Shown one piece after another: positions 1 to 7,916 of a stretch of 64,000 bases of DNA. A program made the translations under genes and the position numbers. The stretch is from Coraliomargaritaceae bacterium (GTDB lineage: Bacteria > Verrucomicrobiota > Verrucomicrobiia > Opitutales > Coraliomargaritaceae). Numbering within the stretch: the first letter of the stretch is position 1; every line of letters starts with the position of its first letter. The notes under the pieces are model-generated. The model was given only the letters and a program-made list of their open reading frames with translations, searched no databases and had not been told where the DNA came from. The stretch lies in NCBI GenBank assembly GCA_965660465.1, contig CBFIAI010000003.1:72771-136770 (forward strand). The letters are read 5' to 3'.

Positions 1-1240
1 CCGAGCTTTCACTAACAAAGTCAATTTCGCTGCTTTCGATCGACCAACCCTGATTGCTTAAAGATTCTTTGAAACGTTCCAGCTGACTGGACAAATCTAA
101 GTCAGGAGAGAGAGGACGCCCTCGAACGACTACCCGGAGGCTTTCGGAATCGGCATCTATGCCACAGTCAATCCGATCTAGCTCCAATTCAGACGGCAAG
201 GCATCGCCAATACCCGCAACGAGTACCGGTAGCGGCGAGGGAACGGGGTCATCCAGCTTCTCAGTAAATCGGTTTCGACAAAATGCGACGACTTGTCGCA
301 ATGTACGCTCTTCAGCTAGCGCAGCCTGTGCTTTTTCCATTTCCACGCGCTGAGAGCGTATTTCCGGCAAAAGTGACAGACGTTTCGATTCGAGCTCTTG
401 CTTTTGCGCTAGGCTTGGCTGGATCTGGAGAAAGGACAAAAGAAACCAGACTACGAGGACAGAAAATGCCCGCACACGGAAACGCAGAGTTGCTTGGCGA
501 CGTCGCTCGCGAGGTGCGCAGAGGTTGAGCATGGATTTTGCCGGCAACAGAAATAAACCGGCGGGTACTTCCCCCTCTGTTGAAGGCTCTTGAAGCACCG
601 GACTCAACCCAAACTCCTGTTCGATAAAGAGCGCAAGACGCCCGGTAGAGCGCTCCATAAGCGCAGCATCCTCCCCACAGTTACCCGCACGCACGAAAAA
701 CAGCAATTTCCCAGATGGATTTCTTGCAACCAGATAGGAAATTTCTCCAACTAAAACAGGGTTGATAGAACCTTCCGCAGAGGCTTGGCCTGACGTAGAT
801 GCTGCCAACGCTGCAGGCAGACTAAAGATCCCTTCCAAATAGATACCCGCACGGAGTGCCCAGGCGGTAATCGGGCGATTCAATCCAGCCGGAAAACTAG
901 CGACCAGACGTAAGTCCTGTGAGCCCGCTTCTTCTGGATGCAGAGCTAAGGCCGACCAATGACGGAGCTCCTTACCATAGGTTTTCTGTTGGCGCTGTTC
1001 CAGAAGCTGACGCTGCAGCTTTTTCGTCATCTTGGGGATTCGCTCCAGACGATGATCCAAATGTGGGTGATCGAGTAGCAGAGTCAGGCGACTCCCCGCC
1101 AGTAGGCCATAATGGGTTTGGAGAAACACAACCAACGCTTCCGCATCTTCTGCCTGACCAGCAGCGACGCAATTCAACACTGATTTATCAGCACGCCAGA
1201 TGCGTACTTCGCCGTGATCCCATATGACTCGTGTGCGCAT
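1..1240 (-). CDS. GspL/PilN-like bitopic assembly protein of the pilus/secretion operon (partial; 3' end lies beyond window start)
   Basis: My translation of the minus strand from ATG 1240-1238 stays open to position 1 (MRTRVIWDHGEVRIWRADKSV...). It is missing from the ORF track only because there is no in-window stop. It starts 11 nt after the stop of the 1251-2489 gene. About 240 aa are cytoplasmic, followed by one TM (FRVRAFSVLVVWFLLSFLQI) and a coiled coil (QKQELESKRLSLLPEIRSQRVEMEKAQAALAEE). Function is assigned from topology and context only. Confidence 0.5.
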   Translation of the reverse strand, partial: MRTRVIWDHGEVRIWRADKSVLNCVAAGQAEDAEALVVFLQTHYGLLAGSRLTLLLDHPHLDHRLERIPKMTKKLQRQLLEQRQQKTYGKELRHWSALALHPEEAGSQDLRLVASFPAGLNRPITAWALRAGIYLEGIFSLPAALAASTSGQASAEGSINPVLVGEISYLVARNPSGKLLFFVRAGNCGEDAALMERSTGRLALFIEQEFGLSPVLQEPSTEGEVPAGLFLLPAKSMLNLCAPRERRRQATLRFRVRAFSVLVVWFLLSFLQIQPSLAQKQELESKRLSLLPEIRSQRVEMEKAQAALAEERTLRQVVAFCRNRFTEKLDDPVPSPLPVLVAGIGDALPSELELDRIDCGIDADSESLRVVVRGRPLSPDLDLSSQLERFKESLSNQGWSIESSEIDFVSESS

Positions 1241-1250
1241 AAGTGTACAA

Positions 1251-2489
1251 TTAATTCATCCAAGCTAAGCCGTCAAAGCGAAGCGTGCTGTAATTCTCCT
1301 TTATGATAAAAATTCCGATTTCTTTACCACTCCAAGGCTCTTCGAGGAGTAGTTCCTGAGTTTTTAAAAAATAACGATCCTGTATTGGATCATCTGAGTT
1401 ATCCCAGCCATCCAGCGGAAGCACGATCCCACTATTCAATGGATTGATCAGGGCAAGCTGAGCTCGTGTAGAATCCGCATCCAGATTGCTGTAAACTTCA
1501 AACTCCTGCCGCGAGCTAATGGGGTCATCATTCAAATCCAATTGCTGGCCAGAGATCACAAATCCTGCAGGCGCTTCCTCGTTAATCGGACGACCCGGTT
1601 GCACTAGATAAAAACCGTCAACCGTGACTTGATCCACCGGGCCAGTCGACAAAACAGCACCCAGCTTCAAGCTAGCTCGCGCACCGTTCAAATTATAAAT
1701 ACCCACAGAAGGCAAAGGATCGGTTAAGTATGAACCCAGAGCAATATTGAATTCCTTTAACAGATTCCCATTCGTGTCGAATTGTCGGTTGATGTGTCGC
1801 CTGTTCTCAATTACCAAGCGGCATAACCAATCACGCATATCAATGCGCTCAAGATTTAACTCCGCGGCACGACCAGCCCAGCTGACCCCGCTCAAGCCAT
1901 AGTCGACCAATGCGCCAATCACAGGCTCACCATTTGAGCCCACAGACCAATTTGACCAAAAAGCCTCAAACTGTTGAGCCGTCAAGGCCGTGGGCAATGG
2001 CAGATCCGGATTCGTGGTGGAAAGCAGTAGCATCCGCAATTCTCTTGGATCGTTTACGTCTGCCAGCCAACTAGTTCCTCCTTCGGTTGTCTCATAAAAT
2101 GTCTGCCCAGCCCAACTGGATTCCGCAAGGAAGAGACGTCGTGGATTTCCACTCAAACCAATAGCAGAACCTTGTGGAAAACGGATGTCGTTTTCACTTC
2201 CGGCACCATGACGAGCCGCCAGTCGCCACCATGCATCAATATTTACTTGATTTGGCGATGCCGCATCATCCGATGGGAAAAGTTGTTCACGTAAAATACC
2301 ACGCTTTAGGGCCTCTGCAATTGTTGGCAAATAAGCGTCGTCACTGGCTTGCCGCTGGCTCTGGATTAACTGGATCGTTAACGGAGCCGCAGTAGCCAAG
2401 AGAATCGAAATGATTGTCAGCACGCCGATCAGCTCCAGCAGGGTAAATGCCCGGCGGGAAGAAATCTGGTCTCGTGCAGTCGAATTCAT
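1251..2489 (-). CDS. large pseudopilin (prepilin-type N-terminal cleavage/methylation domain protein)
   Basis: The N-terminus SRRAFTLLELIGVLTIISILLATAAP is a pilin-type class III leader plus hydrophobic helix with Glu at +5. The protein is 412 aa and lies directly downstream of the GspF-like gene. Confidence 0.75.
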   Translation of the reverse strand: MNSTARDQISSRRAFTLLELIGVLTIISILLATAAPLTIQLIQSQRQASDDAYLPTIAEALKRGILREQLFPSDDAASPNQVNIDAWWRLAARHGAGSENDIRFPQGSAIGLSGNPRRLFLAESSWAGQTFYETTEGGTSWLADVNDPRELRMLLLSTTNPDLPLPTALTAQQFEAFWSNWSVGSNGEPVIGALVDYGLSGVSWAGRAAELNLERIDMRDWLCRLVIENRRHINRQFDTNGNLLKEFNIALGSYLTDPLPSVGIYNLNGARASLKLGAVLSTGPVDQVTVDGFYLVQPGRPINEEAPAGFVISGQQLDLNDDPISSRQEFEVYSNLDADSTRAQLALINPLNSGIVLPLDGWDNSDDPIQDRYFLKTQELLLEEPWSGKEIGIFIIKENYSTLRFDGLAWMN

Positions 2490-2492
2490 AAA

Positions 2493-3701
2493 TTAGTAAG
2501 ATCCCGGGCTCATCATTTTGATCAAAGGCAAAAATACAGCCGCAGCCACCATTCCAGCCAAGCAGATGGTAATGAGGATCAAGCCCGGCTCCAGAATAGC
2601 GAAAAATGCCTTAATCTTGCGTGGCACTAAGTCATCATAGTACTCGACGACTGATTGAAGCGAGTCATCAAGGGAACCACTGCGCTCACCCACACCAACC
2701 ATGGTCAAAACAAGTGCGGGAAACACCTTTTCACGCGCCATTGCCTTACTCAACGTCCAGCCGTTGGCCACCGCGTTCTCCACTCGTTGTAAGCTGGATT
2801 CAAGTACCTTATTATCCACGACATCGCGGGAAGAAGCCAACGCATCGGTGATTACAATTCCCGCCTGCTGCATAAGGATTAAGCTCCGAAGAAAACGGTT
2901 CACTGCAAGATTGAGAATAATGTCGCCAAGAAATGGCAGCTTGATGATCGCATAATCTCGCAGAAGTGCCGCCCGTCGCGAAAAAGAAAATAACAGTCGA
3001 AACGAGGTCGGGAGTAGAAAGGCGATAGCCAATATACTCCACCATTGATGTTCCACGAATTCGCTGGCTTGAATCATCACCTTTGTAATCCAAGGCAAAG
3101 GAATATCCAGTTCGTAAAGCATTTTCGTTATCGTCGGAAAGACAAAGCGCAGGGCGATGAAGATGAAGGCCACCAAGGCAAGCACCACACACATCGGATA
3201 AAGCAAGGCCTGCTTAAAGGATTTCCAGTTCTTATCCATCCACTCGAGGTACTCTCGCAACTGGATCATATTTTCGGAAAGTGAACCACTGCGCTCAGCG
3301 ACTTGTACGATGTTTCGCACATAGGTAGGAAAGACCCTCGGAAATTCTGCCATACCCTGGCTAACCGGTGTCCCCTGCTCCACAATTTCTGCTAAGCGCT
3401 GGCGAACCGGCGCAGCGCGAGATTTCGTATCCTCGCCGTCCTGCGTCTGCAACGCATCCAAAATAGGCACCCCCGAGCGCAGCTGTATCCCAATCTGAAA
3501 AATCATGTTGGCCAGCTCGCTGGTCTTCATCTTGTAGCTCGCATTACGGCGCTCGGCACGCTTGTTGCGCTGCTTGTAAGACACCAGCTCCATGCTGTCC
3601 CGCGCGAGTAAATCTCGCAAGCGATCCACCGTATCGGCCTCTCTCGAGCCCTTGCTGAGCATCCCCTGAGGCGTCACTGCAGTATACTCAAACTTAGCCA
3701 T
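2493..3701 (-). CDS. inner-membrane platform protein, GspF/PilC family
   Basis: 402 aa with a duplicated T2SSF-type architecture and hydrophobic segments (LLYPMCVVLALVAFIFIAL, GLILITICLAGMVAAAVFLPL). There is a 1-nt gap to the upstream ATPase gene. Confidence 0.9.
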   Translation of the reverse strand: MAKFEYTAVTPQGMLSKGSREADTVDRLRDLLARDSMELVSYKQRNKRAERRNASYKMKTSELANMIFQIGIQLRSGVPILDALQTQDGEDTKSRAAPVRQRLAEIVEQGTPVSQGMAEFPRVFPTYVRNIVQVAERSGSLSENMIQLREYLEWMDKNWKSFKQALLYPMCVVLALVAFIFIALRFVFPTITKMLYELDIPLPWITKVMIQASEFVEHQWWSILAIAFLLPTSFRLLFSFSRRAALLRDYAIIKLPFLGDIILNLAVNRFLRSLILMQQAGIVITDALASSRDVVDNKVLESSLQRVENAVANGWTLSKAMAREKVFPALVLTMVGVGERSGSLDDSLQSVVEYYDDLVPRKIKAFFAILEPGLILITICLAGMVAAAVFLPLIKMMSPGSY

Positions 3702-3702
3702 A

Positions 3703-5409
3703 CTAGCTAACCTCCCCTTCTTCCCATGGGACCACCCGTCCCACTTCCTCGACAGCAGTCAGCCCTGCAAGCGCTTTACTCATTCCATCATCTCGCATAT
3801 CGAACACGCCCTTTTTACGAAGGGCGGCTTTCATCTCGGCAGTACTATTACCGTTATCAATCATCGCTCGCATACTGGAATCAATATGAATCAATTCTGC
3901 CAAACTGATCCGACCGCTGTAGCCTTTACCACCACAGGCTGAGCAGCCAGCTGGATGATAAATCGTAACCGATTCTTTTTCTACCGGAACGCCACCCATC
4001 GCGCCCCAAGCCTCGGCAGTCAGCTCCTCCGGAGTGCGGCAAACCGGGCAAAGACGCCGAGCCAAACGTTGAGCACTCAGGCCGAGCAAGCTGCCTGAAA
4101 GCAGAAATGGAGGAATCCCCAAATCGGTCAAACGCGGCACCGAGCTAATCGCATCATTCGTGTGCAACGTGGAAAAAACCAGGTGACCGGTAAGCGCAGC
4201 TCGTACCATTAATTCTGCCGTCGCCTCATCCCGTGTCTCTCCAACAAGGACAACATCCGGATCTTGACGAAGTAATGATCGAAGACCGCGGGCAAAAGTC
4301 AGGCCAATCTCTTCCTTGACTTGCGTCTGACGAATCAGGGGCAGGCGGTACTCGATCGGATCTTCCAGGGTAAAAACGCTTCGAGCCTCTGCGTCCACCA
4401 TAGAAAGTAATGTATAGAGTGTGGTCGTCTTACCGCTACCCGTCGGCCCGGTAATTAAAAACACACCATGCGGCTGCTCCAAAACTGCGCTGAAGGCTGT
4501 TTGCTGCGCGTCGGAAAAACCCAGCGTGGCCAGATCCAACTTCAAGCGCGATTGATCCAGAAGACGCATAACGATGCTCTCGCCATGACTGCTGGGCAAC
4601 GAGGATACACGCACATCAATTTCTTCGCTTCCTATCGCAAAATGGATACGGCCATCCTGCGGTAAACGATCCTCTGCGGTATCCATACCAGCAAGAATCT
4701 TGAAGCGGGCAGTCAGCGCATTGCGAATAGCACCGGGAAGCAACAAGCCTTCCTCGAGTATGCCATCAACGCGTAAACGAATGCGGAAAAATCGTTCCTC
4801 CGGGTGTAAGTGCACATCACTCGCTTCCCTAGTCGCCGCGTGCATGAGAATTTGTTCCGCCAAACGAATCATAGGAGGATCATCCATTCCCTGTTCGTTC
4901 AACTGTGCCGAATCCATCTCGATAAAGGCACCGACCGCATCATAGAGCGCGTCTGCCTCACTAAAATTACGGTTAATCGCTAGGCGGATGTCTGTCTCCG
5001 AAGCGGGTAAAGTTTCAACGGATTGACCGGCCGCAGCTTCCAAGCGTTTGTGTGTGGGCAAGTCAAAAGGATTGGCTGAGGCCACCCAGAGTACACCCTC
5101 TCGCTCCGCTAATGGAATAACGGCCAAGCTCTGACAAAGTTCCGGCGGCAGTTTCGCCCGCAAGTCATCATCTAGGTGCAGACGGCGTAGACTTAAGTGA
5201 CCATCATTCGCCGGGCCACTGCCAATAAAATCATTTGCTTTGCTAAGGTGACCCCGTACAGAACGATACTCCGCCAGTTCCTCGCTGGTCACCAATCCCA
5301 AACGCTGGACGATCTCTGAAAAACTATGCCCGAGGCGTATGCCTTCCCGTTTGGCCAGTTCTGCTTGAGAACGGGTCAGTATTTGTTTCGAAAGCAGCCA
5401 GGACTCCAT
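3703..5409 (-). CDS. GspE/PilB-family secretion/pilus assembly ATPase
   Basis: Walker A GPTGSGKTTT, DPDVVLVGETRD and TGHLVFSTLHTND boxes, a tetracysteine motif CPVCR...CSACGGKGYSGR, and an N-terminal T2SSE_N/MshEN-like region. I chose the ATG at 5409; the ORF-track start at 5478 is a TTG and remains possible. Confidence 0.9.
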   Translation of the reverse strand: MESWLLSKQILTRSQAELAKREGIRLGHSFSEIVQRLGLVTSEELAEYRSVRGHLSKANDFIGSGPANDGHLSLRRLHLDDDLRAKLPPELCQSLAVIPLAEREGVLWVASANPFDLPTHKRLEAAAGQSVETLPASETDIRLAINRNFSEADALYDAVGAFIEMDSAQLNEQGMDDPPMIRLAEQILMHAATREASDVHLHPEERFFRIRLRVDGILEEGLLLPGAIRNALTARFKILAGMDTAEDRLPQDGRIHFAIGSEEIDVRVSSLPSSHGESIVMRLLDQSRLKLDLATLGFSDAQQTAFSAVLEQPHGVFLITGPTGSGKTTTLYTLLSMVDAEARSVFTLEDPIEYRLPLIRQTQVKEEIGLTFARGLRSLLRQDPDVVLVGETRDEATAELMVRAALTGHLVFSTLHTNDAISSVPRLTDLGIPPFLLSGSLLGLSAQRLARRLCPVCRTPEELTAEAWGAMGGVPVEKESVTIYHPAGCSACGGKGYSGRISLAELIHIDSSMRAMIDNGNSTAEMKAALRKKGVFDMRDDGMSKALAGLTAVEEVGRVVPWEEGEVS

Positions 5410-5493
5410 ACTGGCGGTGTCCTGGCTGCCGTTCGAACTCTTGAGGTCTTGACTCACTAGATACGGGCGGCACGCCAAACAGGCGCTGCTAGA

Positions 5494-6210
5494 TTACTGG
5501 TGAGCGACGTAGAGAAAGGCGTCGAAGGTATTATTACCATTGTCCACGAACCAAGCGTTCGCGTTCTCAATGTTAGTCAGAGAATTACCACCACCGACCA
5601 ATGACTCGCCGATTACATTAACATCGCCTTGTACTGTGTTCGGGAAAGGGCCGTTCACCTTCGTGGCCATTGCCGCCGCTTCCTGAATTGTCAAATTCGG
5701 CATATAGAAATAAACAATGCGACTGGCACGACCAGCTGACTTGAAGAGGAAGGGTGCGGTGCCATAACCGGTAGCAGTACCACCGCCAGCAGCTAAAGAA
5801 CCTACAGCAACATCCGCACAGCCAATGGCATAGTCTTTTACACCGGCAATGGCTTCACCGACGGGTGTGCTCTTTTGCTCCAAGAGTTGCTCCTGATAGA
5901 CCAGAATATCTCCAAAATCCAAACCCAGTGCATTTGCCCGAGGAGATGCGCCCGTGGGGTCACCACGATAATCAATCACACCATTAGTGGCTGTGATGGT
6001 ATCCAGAGGAATACGGTCATAACGCTGATAATAGTTGAGTGCTGCAGAGCGAGCTGAGTTTACCGAGGAAATCGCTGAAGTCACCTTCGCATCGCGGATC
6101 GATTCGATCACACGCGGGGCAACCACAGCGGAGAGGATACCGATAATGGCTAAAACGCCGATCATCTCGATCAACGTGAATCCTGATTTTTTAAGATTAG
6201 GGTTATTCAT
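5494..6210 (-). CDS. major pilin-like protein (type IV pilin / pseudopilin)
   Basis: MNNPNLKKSGFTLIEMIGVLAIIGILSAVVAP has a short basic leader, a G|F cleavage motif, Glu+5 and a hydrophobic helix. It is the first gene of the operon. I chose the ATG at 6210 over the in-frame upstream start at 6300. Confidence 0.8.
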   Translation of the reverse strand: MNNPNLKKSGFTLIEMIGVLAIIGILSAVVAPRVIESIRDAKVTSAISSVNSARSAALNYYQRYDRIPLDTITATNGVIDYRGDPTGASPRANALGLDFGDILVYQEQLLEQKSTPVGEAIAGVKDYAIGCADVAVGSLAAGGGTATGYGTAPFLFKSAGRASRIVYFYMPNLTIQEAAAMATKVNGPFPNTVQGDVNVIGESLVGGGNSLTNIENANAWFVDNGNNTFDAFLYVAHQ

Positions 6211-6722
6211 GGTAGTGTTTATTTGATTTAGTAGTGAAAGAAAGCCTGCGGAAAGTACTTTTACAAATGCAAGTAGACAATGAAAGCGTAAAAAAATCAT
6301 TTACTAGTTTTTTACGAACAGGAAAGCGGCCTATCATAAGTCATTGAATGGCAATAATTAAACCAGATTATAAGAATTTAAAAACATATAATAACGATAT
6401 TTAAATTAGATTAAATAAATAGCCTATAATGTAGTAATTATCTCTTCCATTCCCTATCCAAATAAAGATGAAAACTTCCTTGAACAGGGACACCCAACCG
6501 ATGGATACAGGAATCTGCATAGCAGTGTGGCGATTACTCGCTCAATTTTCATTATGGAGCTGGCAAATATAGGATTCCGTCAGGGTTGAACGTTCCGAAG
6601 GCTTCTTCCGCCGCCCCCCCGCCCCGGAATTAGTGGATATAAAAACAGATCCTTCTGAAGCCTGGCGCTACCCTGTCTATCGCTCAAACGATACCTGCGA
6701 GTGGGTGCGGATGGCCGATGAA

Positions 6723-6996
6723 CCCGGATTATGCAATCGGATGAGCGAGGTGCTCGCCAACTGAGGATCGAAGGAGCGTATAAGCATACTTGACTGCGGA
6801 TTCGATAGGCAGCCATGTTCCTCGGTCGCCTAAGTTCTGAGCCGAGCGATAAGGCCGGATGCGAAGCATACCGGACCAATCCTTAAACACCATTTGGGTG
6901 ACCATATTTCCAATGCGTTGCATTAGAAATGTGGCTGATTTATAAGCACTTATAACTTATGAAAAAATTTTAAGGAGTCCGTTTGCATAGTTCGGG
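6723..6996. mobile_element. MITE-like non-autonomous element, copy A (274 bp, full length)
   Basis: The ends CCCGGATTATGCAATCGG (6723-6740) and CCGTTTGCATAGTTCGGG (6979-6996) are 15/18 inverted repeats. Identical ATGAA flanks the element at 6718-6722 and 6997-7001. It is homologous to 19014-19245 (same orientation) and 60012-60172 (inverted). The ORFs overlapping it are not protein-like. Confidence 0.65.
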
Positions 6997-7857
6997 ATGA
7001 AATGGCAAAAGATGACTGACCTTGGCCACTTCACCGCATGGATGAAGGACCCCTCTAAAACAAGCTCGTACAAATACTGGGCACAGTGGATTCGGGCATC
7101 TATATAAACAAACTGTAGCCCTACGACGCATCCCATCTCCCGAATCTGCCTTTTCCTAATGACGAGTCCATGCGCACTTAAATAACCAGAGCAGTTTAAT
7201 TCTGAAGCTAGTGACTCGACTTCTCTGCTTGTTCTATGCGCATAATCAAATTCGAGTTGTTATTGGTTAACTCAAAATTTTCCAAGACCTAGGGCACGTT
7301 GCACTCATAATCAGAAAACAAAAGAACCAGAATAGCTACAAACACTAGGCAATAGACAATGATTCTCTTAAAGATATTGCTTTTGTACATTATGATGTAG
7401 AGTTATTGCTTAAATTGTAGTAAAAATATACCTATATTATATTCGGTAAATTAATCAAAAAACAATAATATACCTCATTAATATATGAACTTTAAGTTCC
7501 TGCGTTCCTGCATAAACAAGACGTTCATGCTGAATCATACAAAAATTAACTACACCTACTGATGAATGCAGGTCACTTTGCAGCTCGGAATTTCTCACTG
7601 AATAAACGGTTCCTTTTAGCCAGTGAGCAGGAAGGCCAAACAAAATAAAAGCATTTTCTCAACGATTCTCCGCTCCTGAATACTTACACTCCGTATGACC
7701 TGCTGCGCTTCACGTGCCAATTTTAGGCCCTACTCAAAACACTCGATTGACCTCTGCAACCAAGAAACTGGATACGATCTTGAAACGCTGACAGTGCGAC
7801 AACAGCGATTCAGAAACAGGTTACCGTATATGTAATCTTAAATTGGCAGTCTCTTAC

Positions 7858-7893
7858 ATAAAAAAAGCCCCACTGGAACACCAGTGAGGCTTT
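7858..7893 (-). terminator. rho-independent terminator after the secretin gene
   Basis: The minus strand reads AAAGCCTCACTGG-TGTT-CCAGTGGGGCTTT followed by TTTTTAT. It begins about 25 nt after the stop at 7917. Confidence 0.7.
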
Positions 7894-7916
7894 CGATAAA
7901 AAATTATCTAGACTCG

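Noticed and set aside
6701-6745. The string GGGTGCGG...GATGAACCCGGATTATGCAATCGG resembles part of the TPP riboswitch consensus (ACCTGATCTGGATAATGCCAGCG).
   Set aside because: The CTGAGA element and the rest of the aptamer are missing. The segment spans the MITE terminus, so half is flank and half is TIR. No thiamine-related gene is nearby, and the same motif recurs at the other repeat copies.
6773-6797. AGCGTAT-AAGC-ATAC..G.CT looked like a group II intron domain V with an AGC triad.
   Set aside because: The stem is only about 7 bp, against about 14 bp expected. There is no GNRA loop, no GUGYG 5' end and no domain VI. The element boundaries are better explained by TIRs plus TSDs.
6580-6923. 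ORF-track entries 6580-6879 and 6729-6923 (minus). The analogous entries at copies B and C are 18894-19139, 18983-19237 and 60060-60284.
   Set aside because: The translations are Arg/Ser/Pro-rich and not protein-like. Their similarity between loci is at the nucleotide level and stops at the TIR-defined repeat ends, so they are frames read through the MITE-like element.
6903-6933. Possible compensatory base changes in the 31-nt palindrome between copies A and B, which would argue for a selected RNA structure.
   Set aside because: Pairing it out position by position shows that the differences create or remove single mismatches rather than swapping one pair for another. There is no real covariation evidence.
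6931-6945. GTGGCTGATT, present at 6931 and 19178, resembles the GGGGCTGATT start of tmRNA.
   Set aside because: It occurs in several copies inside the repeat. No tag reading frame, no tRNA-like 3' end and no pseudoknot-rich body follows.
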